A stretch of 27,103 nucleotides of DNA from Candidatus Firestoneibacteriota bacterium (GTDB lineage: Bacteria; Oederibacteriota; D2-FULL-39-29; JBBTED01), in the NCBI GenBank assembly GCA_038042445.1, contig JBBTED010000074.1, positions 1-27,103 on the forward strand, in the 5' to 3' direction. Position numbers and translations under genes: made by a program. The notes beneath the pieces were generated by a model. The model was not told where the DNA came from. It saw only the letters and a program-made list of their open reading frames with translations, and ran no database searches. Each line of letters begins with the position of its first letter. Position 1 is the first letter of the stretch. Of this stretch, positions 16,235-24,952 are shown piece by piece.

Positions 16235-17106
16235 TATAATCCCTCCACCAATTTTTTAAAATATTCAATCAACTTTGCAGAAATTTCTTTCTGACGAAGT
16301 GCATATTCAACTGTTGCTTCTACATAACCTAACTTTGTTCCTACATCATATCTTTTACCCTCAAACTTAACAGCATAAAATTTATGTCTTTTTAAAAAAA
16401 TCTTAAGTGCATCAGTTAATTGAATTTCACCATTAACTCCACGTGGTGTTTTTTCAAGTATATCCATTATCTCTGGAACAAGAATATATCTACCTACAAC
16501 TCCAAGATCAGATGGAGCATTTTCCTGTTTTGGCTTTTCAACAATATCTTTAACTTGATAAAGTCTATCCTTTATCAAAATAGGATTTATAATACCATAG
16601 CTTGACATTTTTTCCTTTGGCACAGTCTCTACAGCTAATACAGAAGTTTTATAACTATTATATACATCAATTAACTGTGCAATTGCAGATTTACGTGGAG
16701 CATATATCAAATCATCTGCAAGAAATACAGCAAAGGGTTCATTATTAACAAAACTTTTTGCGCACAGTATTGCATGACCTAACCCTAATGGTTCTTTCTG
16801 GCGAACATAATGAACATTAATCAAACTGCCTATTTCTTCTATGCTTTTTAAAAGCTGATATTGACGTTTTTCACGCAAATAATGTTCAAGCTCAAAAGAT
16901 TTATCAAAATGATTTTCAATTGTTTGTTTCCCACGACCCGTAACAATTAATATATCCTCTATCCCAGCAGAAATAGCTTCTTCAACAATATATTGTATTG
17001 CAGGTTTATCAAATATCGGAAGCATTTCCTTTGGCTGCGCCTTTGTAGCAGGCAAAAACCGTGTTCCAAGCCCAGCAGCTGGCACAACAGCTTTTTTAAT
17101 TTTCAT
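16234..17106 (-). CDS. galU: UTP-glucose-1-phosphate uridylyltransferase
   Basis: PAAGLGTRFLPATKAQPKEMLP, RQKEPLGLGHA, VEKP, EIQLTDA. Confidence 0.97.
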   Translation of the reverse strand: MKIKKAVVPAAGLGTRFLPATKAQPKEMLPIFDKPAIQYIVEEAISAGIEDILIVTGRGKQTIENHFDKSFELEHYLREKRQYQLLKSIEEIGSLINVHYVRQKEPLGLGHAILCAKSFVNNEPFAVFLADDLIYAPRKSAIAQLIDVYNSYKTSVLAVETVPKEKMSSYGIINPILIKDRLYQVKDIVEKPKQENAPSDLGVVGRYILVPEIMDILEKTPRGVNGEIQLTDALKIFLKRHKFYAVKFEGKRYDVGTKLGYVEATVEYALRQKEISAKLIEYFKKLVEGL

Positions 17107-17122
17107 ATCATTAACTCCTATT

Positions 17123-17181
17123 TGTCATGCTGAATTTATTTCAGCATCTCTTTTAGACCCTGAAACAAGTTCAGGGTGACA
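17123..17181. repeat. GTCA-type short palindromic doublet, copy 2
   Basis: TGTCATGCTGAATTTATTTCAGCATCT ... AGACCCTGAAACAAGTTCAGGGTGACA; homologous to 8178-8235. Confidence 0.85.
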
Positions 17182-17192
17182 ATATTCTATCA

Positions 17193-18338
17193 TTACACTT
17201 TTTCAAATGGGTCAAATAATTTTTTGTATTCTTCCAATGCAAAATGGTCTGTCATTCCAGCAATATAATCACAAATCACCCGCTGTTTTTTTCCTGTTTT
17301 AAGCTTCTCCTGAATTTTTGGCGGTAATGTATCAGTTCTTTTTAAATATATTTTAAATAATTCCGTTATAAACCGCTGTGCTTTTTCTTCCATTCGTTTA
17401 ACGCGATAGTGATGATATAGTTTATCCATCAAAAAATTTTTAAGTATTTTATTGTCTTTCTCCATCTCAATACTAAAACATACAATATCTTTTTTTGTAT
17501 TACGAACATCCTGCAAAGATTTAATATTAAATTTTTTAATATTTTCTTCAGTCTGCATTATCAAATCTGTGGTTTGCATATTTATAATTGACCGAATCAC
17601 CTGATACTTTTTTAACTCAAAACTTAGATTGCAAAAATTAATTTTCATATAATTTTTTTGCCAGATAGGAACTTTTTCTAAATCATCTAATGAAATAAGC
17701 CCAGACGCTAATCCATCATCTAAATCATGACTATTATATGCTATTTCATCTGCCAAATTTGCAACCTGTGCTTCTAATAAAGGCCCAAGTTCTGGCTTAA
17801 ACTCTTTACCAGATGAAACATCATATTCAGTATTATGCTTTGCAATACTTTCTCGGACTTCCCATGTTAAATTTAAACCTGGAAATTCCGGATACCTTTC
17901 TTCAAGTTCATCAACTACTCTTAAACTTTGTTTGTTATGCTCAAAACCACCATATTTTTTCATTAACTCATTTAAAATCTTTTCTCCTGAATGACCAAAT
18001 GGTGTATGACCCAAATCATGCGCCAAAACTATTGCCTCAGTTAAATCCTCACTTAATCTTAAGATTCTTGCTATTGTGCAAGCAATTTGTGACACTTCTA
18101 TTGTATGAGTAAGCCGAGTGCGATAGTAATCACTTTCATGAATAACAAACACTTGTGTTTTATATTCAAGACGACGAAATGCAGAAGAATGAATAATTCT
18201 ATCCCTATCTCTTTGAAAAGCTGACCTAAAAGGATGTTCTTGCTCAGGATATTTCCTTGCCCCAGCCAACCTATTTTTCATTGCATAAGGAGCAAGTATC
18301 TTCTCCTCCATTTTTTCGTATTCTTCGCGTGTAAACAT
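17193..18338 (-). CDS. dgt: Deoxyguanosinetriphosphate triphosphohydrolase (HD family)
   Basis: FQRDRDRI-HS-AFRRLEYKTQVF, RTRLTH, HDLGHTPFGHSGE, DYIAGMTD. Start placed at ATG 18338 (MFTREE). Confidence 0.93.
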   Translation of the reverse strand: MFTREEYEKMEEKILAPYAMKNRLAGARKYPEQEHPFRSAFQRDRDRIIHSSAFRRLEYKTQVFVIHESDYYRTRLTHTIEVSQIACTIARILRLSEDLTEAIVLAHDLGHTPFGHSGEKILNELMKKYGGFEHNKQSLRVVDELEERYPEFPGLNLTWEVRESIAKHNTEYDVSSGKEFKPELGPLLEAQVANLADEIAYNSHDLDDGLASGLISLDDLEKVPIWQKNYMKINFCNLSFELKKYQVIRSIINMQTTDLIMQTEENIKKFNIKSLQDVRNTKKDIVCFSIEMEKDNKILKNFLMDKLYHHYRVKRMEEKAQRFITELFKIYLKRTDTLPPKIQEKLKTGKKQRVICDYIAGMTDHFALEEYKKLFDPFEKV

Positions 18339-18344
18339 AAATAC

Positions 18345-18375
18345 ATTATATAACAAAAAAAGGATTGTTTGTCAA
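18345..18375 (-). promoter_or_regulatory. Promoter for dgt-galU-trpDC (possibly leaderless)
   Basis: TTGACA (18375-18370, overlapping the amrS stop), then TATAAT at 18350-18345 (19-bp spacer) or TG-T-TATATA (17-bp spacer); 6 nt separate TATAAT from the ATG; no SD. Confidence 0.5.
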
Positions 18376-19382
18376 AATATTCCATCAATTTGGACACCAC
18401 ATTTTGGGCACTTTGAATTTTTTAAATTATTTTCACGAATTTTAAATCCAAAACGTGTGATTAAATCTTTCTCACAATTATAACAATATGTTCTTTCTTC
18501 TTCCATAACATTTCCAATATAAACATAACGTAATCCTGCTTCTTTACCAATATCATAAGCTTCTTTTAATTTTTCCACAGGTGTTAGAGGTATTTCCGTC
18601 ATTTTATAATCAGGATGAAATCTGGATATATGCCATGGTATTTCTTTACCAATGCCAGCCAAAAATTCAGCAATTTTTTTAAGCTCATCATTAGAATCAT
18701 TTTGCCCCGGAACAATTAATGTTGTTACCTCTACCCAAATATTTAATTTACGCATTAACTGAATAGTTTCCAGAACAGGTTCTAATTTTCCACCACAAAC
18801 CTTACGATATTTTTCATCATTAAAAAACTTTAAATCAACATTTGCAGCATCTAAATATGGAGAAATCATTTCTATTGCCTCTTTACTCATATACCCATTT
18901 GTAACAAACACATTTAATAGTCCATTATTTTTTGCAAGATTAGCTATATCATAAGCATACTCAAAAAAAATTGTTGGCTCAGTATAAGTATAAGATATGC
19001 TTTTACAGTTATACTTCTTTGCCTGCTCTACTATGTATTCTGGTGAAACATCCTGCTCATTACTTATGCCTTTAATTTGAGATATTGACCAGTTTTGGCA
19101 AAACCCACATCTAAAATTACACCCTGCACAAGCAATAGAAAACGATTTAGACCCAGGAAACAGATGAAACATTGGTTTTTTTTCAATCGGGTCAATATGC
19201 ATCGCTATTATTTTACCATAAGAATGTGCATATAAAACACCTTTAATATTTTGTCTAACACCACAAACTCCAAATTTACCGTCTTTAATTTTACAAAAAT
19301 GATTACATAAATAACAATCAGTCTGCAAACTACTTTCTTTATTATATAATACAGCTTCTTTAAACATGTTTACTTTATTCAT
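18372..19382 (-). CDS. amrS: AmmeMemoRadiSam system radical SAM enzyme
   Basis: CxLCxHxC...GxCGVR, DPIEKKP-FH, GCNFRCGFCQNW (CxxxCxxC), YTYTEP, PWHISRFHP, C-terminal CxxC..CPKC. Start may be ATG 19367. Confidence 0.93.
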   Translation of the reverse strand: MNKVNMFKEAVLYNKESSLQTDCYLCNHFCKIKDGKFGVCGVRQNIKGVLYAHSYGKIIAMHIDPIEKKPMFHLFPGSKSFSIACAGCNFRCGFCQNWSISQIKGISNEQDVSPEYIVEQAKKYNCKSISYTYTEPTIFFEYAYDIANLAKNNGLLNVFVTNGYMSKEAIEMISPYLDAANVDLKFFNDEKYRKVCGGKLEPVLETIQLMRKLNIWVEVTTLIVPGQNDSNDELKKIAEFLAGIGKEIPWHISRFHPDYKMTEIPLTPVEKLKEAYDIGKEAGLRYVYIGNVMEEERTYCYNCEKDLITRFGFKIRENNLKNSKCPKCGVQIDGIF

Positions 19383-19399
19383 AAGCAGAAATTTTCATT

Positions 19400-19933
19400 T
19401 TAACCTGCAAATATTTTATTATAATAGGGATCCTTTCGTTTTGTGTTATTATCCCTGTTCTCTATATCTAAATGCCATTGCAAAGAATTGTTTGCAATGT
19501 ATTCTCTGATACGCAATAATGACGTTTCATTCCGGATAATATGGTCATAAAATGATTTTTGCCAACGAAATTCCGTAAAACCTGCTTTATGAATCAATTT
19601 TGATGATGTTGTTTTAAATGCCCCGACCAATTCCGGCAACGGTTTTATCTTCTGTAGGGAACGGTCGCGACCGTTCCCTACAATTGAAATTATGCCATGA
19701 AAATGATTTGGCATAATCACATATGCATCCAATTCTACATATGTATATTGTTCTGCCAACCAAACCCATTGTTTTTGCGTTATTTCACCCCATTCATTTA
19801 AAATCATCCTGCTATCTTCAACCTTACCAAACCATTCTATCCTATTCCATGTACAAACTGTAATAAAATAATATCCTACCTGTGAATAATCATATTTTCG
19901 CAAACGTGTTAATTTACGTTCAGTTGTTTTCAT
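19400..19933 (-). mobile_element. REP-associated tyrosine (HUH/Y1) transposase, RAYT/TnpA-REP
   Basis: RLxxYDYS-x-x-GYYFITVC, MPNHFH (HUH), FK, WQKSFYDHIIRN, YIxNN; associated with GTAG palindromes. Confidence 0.92.
19653..19682. repeat. Perfect 30-bp GTAG REP palindrome inside the RAYT coding sequence
   Basis: TGTAGGGAACGGTCGCGACCGTTCCCTACA is its own reverse complement; read in frame as VGNGRDRSLQ. Confidence 0.92.
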
Positions 19934-20008
19934 AAATTCATTCTTATTTTCCCAAACATCACTTCAGACAAAAAATCGCGAAAAATAAATGTCCTAACAA
20001 TTTAATCA

Positions 20009-20036
20009 GTAGGGAATGGTCGCGACCATTCCCTAC
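20009..20036. repeat. Perfect 28-bp GTAG REP palindrome between the uvrB stop and RAYT
   Basis: GTAGGGAATGGTCGCGACCATTCCCTAC differs from the internal copy by one compensatory pair (C-G to T-A). Confidence 0.92.
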
Positions 20037-20037
20037 A

Positions 20038-22152
20038 TTATTTCTTTTTGATGAATTTTTTTACATTATGAAATTTCTGCTGGGCTATACGTCTTTTTTT
20101 ATGTTTTGATTCTGTTTGTGAAATTTCGTTTCGCTGACTATGTAATGGAACTACTGATATGCCTTCTCTACTCATTACATTTGCGTTTTTATGTAGTTCT
20201 TTTATTCTGTCTCGTATTGCAGCTGCTTTTTCAAATTCCAATTTTCCTGCGTATTTTTTCATTTCAAGTTCTAATTCAGAAATAATTTTTGGTAATTCAT
20301 CTATTGCTATGTATTCCTGCTGATTTTCAGCAATTACCGGAATAGTAAAATAATCTGCTTCATAAACAGATGATAAAATATTTCTTATTGATTTTTTTAT
20401 TGTTTCAGGTGTTATATTGTGTTTTTTATTAAATTCAAACTGAAGTTTTCGTCTTCTTTCTGTTTCAGATATAGCACGTTTCATTGACTTTGTAATAGTA
20501 TCGCCAAATAATAAAACTTTGCCCTCAATATTTCTCGCAGCACGTCCCATAGTCTGAATCAATGATCTTTCAGAACGCAAAAATCCTTCTTTATCTGCAT
20601 CAAGTATAGCTACTAATGATACCTCTGGAAGATCTAAACCCTCTCGCAATAAATTTATACCTACCAATACATCAAAAGTTCCACGTCGCAAATCCTGCAA
20701 TATTTTTATACGTTCAAGTGTCTCAATATCAGAATGCAAATATCTTGCATTGATATTTGCACTTTTTAAATACTCTGTCAAATCTTCTGACATTCTTTTT
20801 GTTAGTGTTGTAACAAGAACTCTGTTTTTCTTTTGAATATGTTTATGTATTTCAGTAATCAATGTATCTACCTGTGTTTTTGCAGGTTTAACTATAATTT
20901 CAGGATCCATTAACCCTGTTGGCCTTATTACCTGTTCTACAACATTACCTTTGCTTTTCTCAAGTTCATAATTAGCAGGAGTAGCAGAAACATAAACTAC
21001 CTGATTTATTTTTTTCTCAAATTCAGAAAATTTAAGAGGTCTGTTGTCATAAGCAGATGGAAGTCTGAAACCATAATCTATAAGTGTATTTTTTCTTGAC
21101 CTGTCACCTTCATACATTCCATTAAATTGTGGTATACCTACATGGCTTTCATCAATAATAATTAACGCATCAGAAGGAAAATAATCCAACAAAGTAAAAG
21201 GCGGGTCACCAGGTTTTCTTCCATCTAAATATCTTGAATAATTTTCTATTCCTTTGCAAAAACCTATCTCTCTTAACATTTCTATGTCAAATAATGTTCT
21301 CTGTTCTATACGTTGTGCTTCCAGAAGTTTATTTTTACTTTTTAAATACTCTGTTCGTTCTGCAAGTTCTTTTTCTATAGCTTTAATTGCAGGTTCAAGT
21401 TCATCTTGAGGAGTAACCCAATGTTGTGCAGGATATATTGCAATTCTTTCAAGTTTTTTTAGTATATCTCCTGTAATTGGGTCAACTTCAGACAATTTTT
21501 CTATTTCATTGCCAAAAAATTCAACACGAATTGCAGTATCATACGATGCAGGAAAAATCTCCACAGTATCACCTCTAACTCTGAATCTGCCCCTATAAAA
21601 ATCTGTATCATTTCTTATATATTGTATTTCAACTAATTTTTTAAATAATTCCTCCATATCCATTTTTCTTTTGTTCTCTAAATAAATATGCATACTCTGG
21701 TATCTGTCTGGAGAACCAATATTGTATATGCAGGAAACACTAGCAATTATTATTACATCCTTTCTGGAAAGTATTGCAGAAGTTGCAGAATGTCTTAATT
21801 TATCTATTTCGTCATTTATAGATGAATCTTTCTCAATATATGTATCTGTTTGTGGAATGTATGATTCTGGTTGATAGTAATCATAATAACTTACAAAATA
21901 TTCAACAGCATTCTCAGGAAAAAATTCCTTAAACTCTCCATAAAGTTGCGCAGCTAATGTTTTATTATGAGATATAATTAAAGTTGGCTTCTGAATATTC
22001 GCAATCACACAAGCCATTGTAAAGGTTTTGCCAGAACCAGTTACACCAAGAAGCACCTGATGCTGGACGCCCTTTTTAAATCCTGCAGTTAATGATTCTA
22101 TTGCCTTAGGCTGATCCCCTTTTGGTTTAAATTCCGAAACTAATTTAAACAT
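20038..22152 (-). CDS. uvrB: Excinuclease ABC subunit B
   Basis: [64 protein letters not shown]-terminal UVR domain [11 protein letters not shown]. Confidence 0.98.
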   Translation of the reverse strand: MFKLVSEFKPKGDQPKAIESLTAGFKKGVQHQVLLGVTGSGKTFTMACVIANIQKPTLIISHNKTLAAQLYGEFKEFFPENAVEYFVSYYDYYQPESYIPQTDTYIEKDSSINDEIDKLRHSATSAILSRKDVIIIASVSCIYNIGSPDRYQSMHIYLENKRKMDMEELFKKLVEIQYIRNDTDFYRGRFRVRGDTVEIFPASYDTAIRVEFFGNEIEKLSEVDPITGDILKKLERIAIYPAQHWVTPQDELEPAIKAIEKELAERTEYLKSKNKLLEAQRIEQRTLFDIEMLREIGFCKGIENYSRYLDGRKPGDPPFTLLDYFPSDALIIIDESHVGIPQFNGMYEGDRSRKNTLIDYGFRLPSAYDNRPLKFSEFEKKINQVVYVSATPANYELEKSKGNVVEQVIRPTGLMDPEIIVKPAKTQVDTLITEIHKHIQKKNRVLVTTLTKRMSEDLTEYLKSANINARYLHSDIETLERIKILQDLRRGTFDVLVGINLLREGLDLPEVSLVAILDADKEGFLRSERSLIQTMGRAARNIEGKVLLFGDTITKSMKRAISETERRRKLQFEFNKKHNITPETIKKSIRNILSSVYEADYFTIPVIAENQQEYIAIDELPKIISELELEMKKYAGKLEFEKAAAIRDRIKELHKNANVMSREGISVVPLHSQRNEISQTESKHKKRRIAQQKFHNVKKFIKKK

Positions 22153-22177
22153 ATTTTACTCATCATTCAATGCAAAT

Positions 22178-22206
22178 ATTATAACCATTAAACCACTATA
22201 AGTCAA
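22178..22206 (-). promoter_or_regulatory. Near-consensus sigma70 promoter of uvrB
   Basis: TTGACT, 17 bp, TATAAT, ending 25 nt upstream of the ATG. Confidence 0.7.
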
Positions 22207-22258
22207 AAAACAAAATATCAGGAATACATACATCAACCCCTATAAATTTTATTTTCAT
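22196..22258 (-). pseudogene. 20-codon ORF or truncated gene 5' remnant (MKIKFIGVDVCIPDILFFDL)
   Basis: GAGGA SD 8 nt upstream, and its own TTGATT-16-TATAAT promoter with TGn extension (22298-22325). Confidence 0.35.
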
Positions 22259-22376
22259 TTTTCACATCCTCGTCTATATATTTAGATAAATGTTAGCATT
22301 ATATCATATTGAGTATCGTAATCAAACGATCTAACCGCTTTTTTCTTTTTTTAGTTTCCATATCTGTTCCGGAGAC

Positions 22377-23042
22377 TCAGATCATTTTTTTAAAGAAATT
22401 GATTATTCTTTTGTATTGATTGGACGAATGTTTAAATAAAATTTGTCTTCCTACAATAAGAATATTTACACCTGCATTAACTAATTGTGAAACAGTTTCG
22501 TTGTTTACTCCACCATCTATTTGTATGTCTAAATCTAATTTTTTTTTAGTAATTAATTTCCTAACGTTTTTTATTTTTTTGATTATTCCCGGTGAAAGCT
22601 TGCAACCGGCAAATCCCGGAGGAACACCCATAACATTAAGAATAGAAATCTGGCCAAAAATATTTTCAAAATCCCTAATAGGTGTTTCAGGATTTATCGC
22701 AAGAGATACTTTTGCACCATCATTTTTTATTAACCGAATAACTGAATGAATATCATTTTTACAAGCTTCCAAATGTATGGTTATAATATTTGCACCTGCG
22801 TCTATAAATCGTTTTACATATTTCTCCGGATTATAAACCATTAAATGAATATCTAAAGGTAAATCAGTTGCTTTTCTTACTGCCTTCACAATATCTTCAC
22901 CAAATGCAAAATTATTAGCAAAATGCCCATCTATAACATCAATGTGAAACATATCCACACCTGCTTTTTTTAATGATTTTAATTCACAACCTAAATTCAA
23001 TAAATCTGCACACATTAAAGATGGAGATACTAATATACTCAT
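22377..23042 (-). CDS. Ribulose-phosphate 3-epimerase family (Rpe/AlsE-like)
   Basis: SPSLMCAD, HIDVIDGHF, DIHLMV, PGFAG, IQIDGG. Confidence 0.92.
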   Translation of the reverse strand: MSILVSPSLMCADLLNLGCELKSLKKAGVDMFHIDVIDGHFANNFAFGEDIVKAVRKATDLPLDIHLMVYNPEKYVKRFIDAGANIITIHLEACKNDIHSVIRLIKNDGAKVSLAINPETPIRDFENIFGQISILNVMGVPPGFAGCKLSPGIIKKIKNVRKLITKKKLDLDIQIDGGVNNETVSQLVNAGVNILIVGRQILFKHSSNQYKRIINFFKKMI

Positions 23043-23051
23043 ATTATTAAT

Positions 23052-24125
23052 TTATAACCAGGGTTTAACAACTATTTTTAAACCCATTCCAGTCTCAGCA
23101 ATTTTAATTGCTTCTTTAATTCTGGAAAGTGGAAAAATATGTGTAATAAAATCTTTTGCATTTATTTTTCTATCAGAAAATAATTTTAAAGCTTTGCGAT
23201 TATGAATACCTGTGCTTGATTGCGATCCTTGAATTATACATTCCTTATAGTGAACTATATTGCTATCTATATTTATTATAGAATCATCTGCAGAAAGCCC
23301 TCCAAAAAAATTTATTCTCCCTTTTCCTTTTATTATTTTTAGTGACTTCTCTTGAGCTTCCTTTGACGAACAAGCTACAATAACTACATCAACTCCATAT
23401 CCATTAGTTTCTTTTAATATACGTTCTACAAAATCTTCTGATTGTGAAGAAATAAACACATCTGCATTAAATTTATTCTTTGCCATTTTTAATCTTGTTT
23501 GTGACCTTTGCACCAAAAAAACTTTATTAGCTCCTCTTAATTTTGCAAGTTCAATATGCATACAACCTGCAGGTCCTCCTCCAATAATTGCCACACTATC
23601 ATTTTTACGGACATTAGAAAATTCCTGAGCATTAATACAACATCCTAATAATTCTGCAATACAGGCTTCTTCAAAAGGAAGATTATCCGGAATTTTATTA
23701 ATAAAACATCTTCCTTTTTTTAAAGACCTAGACGGAGGTATATGATATTGTGCAAAACCTCCAGGCCAGTTATAACCAATATGTATCATATTAAGACATT
23801 GTGTATCGAATCCTTCTTTGCAATAAATACATTTTCCACAAGATGGACCTGGCAGGGAAATAACTCTATCACCAATTTTAAAACCTTTTACCATTCTTCC
23901 AATTTTTACTATTCTACCTGCAATTTCATGACCGATTATTTGTGGAAATTTTACTCTTTTATCAACTTTTTTAAAAATTCGTAAATCAGAACCGCATATT
24001 GCACAAGCTTCTACTTTTATTAAAATACTATCTTCAGGACACACAGGTATATCTACTTCTTTTACAACTATTTCACCAATTCTTTCAAGCACTGCTGCTT
24101 TCATCTTATCATTGCTTGATTTCAT
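23052..24125 (-). CDS. Zn-dependent polyol/sugar dehydrogenase (MDR, sorbitol dehydrogenase-like)
   Basis: CAICGSD, GHE, CGKCIYC..C, GGGPAG. ATG 24125 is preceded by AGGAG. Confidence 0.9.
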   Translation of the reverse strand: MKSSNDKMKAAVLERIGEIVVKEVDIPVCPEDSILIKVEACAICGSDLRIFKKVDKRVKFPQIIGHEIAGRIVKIGRMVKGFKIGDRVISLPGPSCGKCIYCKEGFDTQCLNMIHIGYNWPGGFAQYHIPPSRSLKKGRCFINKIPDNLPFEEACIAELLGCCINAQEFSNVRKNDSVAIIGGGPAGCMHIELAKLRGANKVFLVQRSQTRLKMAKNKFNADVFISSQSEDFVERILKETNGYGVDVVIVACSSKEAQEKSLKIIKGKGRINFFGGLSADDSIINIDSNIVHYKECIIQGSQSSTGIHNRKALKLFSDRKINAKDFITHIFPLSRIKEAIKIAETGMGLKIVVKPWL

Positions 24126-24154
24126 AAAAATACTCTCCTTCTTTTTAAAAATTC

Positions 24155-24934
24155 TCAATGCATTTCACGACCACCATCAACATTAAGTGCCTGACCAGTC
24201 ATATATGAAGAATCATCAGATGCTAAAAAAAGTGTAACTGCTGAAATATCTTCAACTGTTGCTAATCGCTTAAGTGGAATTTTCTCTGTGAATTTTTCCA
24301 GAACCTGACTATCATTCATCTTGAGATTTTTTGCATAAGCAATATTTACAGAATTCCACATATTTGTATTAGAAGTAATACCCGGACAAATCGCATTAAC
24401 AGTTATTTTATATGGAGCAAATTCGCAAGCTAATGCCTGTGTCAAACCTATAATTGCAGCTTTAGTAGCAGAATAATGTGACATTAATGCAGAACCTGTT
24501 TTTCCGGATTTAGAAGAAAAATTAATTATTCTGCCGTAGTTTTGTTTTTTCATACAGGATATTACCTGCTGAATGAAGAAAAATGTACCTTTTACATTTA
24601 CATTAAACATACAATCCAATTCCGCTTCAGTAATTTCTTCAATATTCTTTTGCCCAACAATACCTGCAGTATTAATTAATATATCAATTTTACCGAATTT
24701 TTTTATTCCAAATGCTACTACATTCTTTACTTGTGTTAATTTAGTAACATCTGCAACTTCAACAATACAGTGGTTTTTATTATGGACACTATTCTTAAGT
24801 TTATTTAGATTGCTAATATTTGAATCAGTACAAAGTATTTTTGCTCCTTCTTTAATCAAATCTCTTGCAATTTTCATCCCCATACTTCCACCTGCACCTG
24901 TAATAATTGCACATTTATTTCTAAATCTGTTCAT
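24155..24934 (-). CDS. SDR oxidoreductase, sorbitol-6-phosphate dehydrogenase (SrlD)-like
   Basis: TGAGGSMG, SSKSGKTGS, YSATK, IPLKR, TGQALNVDGG; AGGAGG SD. Confidence 0.85.
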   Translation of the reverse strand: MNRFRNKCAIITGAGGSMGMKIARDLIKEGAKILCTDSNISNLNKLKNSVHNKNHCIVEVADVTKLTQVKNVVAFGIKKFGKIDILINTAGIVGQKNIEEITEAELDCMFNVNVKGTFFFIQQVISCMKKQNYGRIINFSSKSGKTGSALMSHYSATKAAIIGLTQALACEFAPYKITVNAICPGITSNTNMWNSVNIAYAKNLKMNDSQVLEKFTEKIPLKRLATVEDISAVTLFLASDDSSYMTGQALNVDGGREMH

Positions 24935-24952
24935 AATTCCTCCTTGTCATTT

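Noticed and set aside
17193..18338. Anti-phage dGTPase defence system
   Set aside because: It is a short housekeeping-type Dgt in a core-gene context with no neighbouring defence genes.
19400..19933. IS200/IS605 element with TnpB
   Set aside because: There is no tnpB ORF, and the protein motifs and GTAG palindromes match RAYT rather than IS200 TnpA.
19653..20036. CRISPR-like pair of 28-bp palindromes
   Set aside because: Only two copies, about 330 bp apart, with no spacer periodicity and no cas genes; they fit RAYT-associated REPs.
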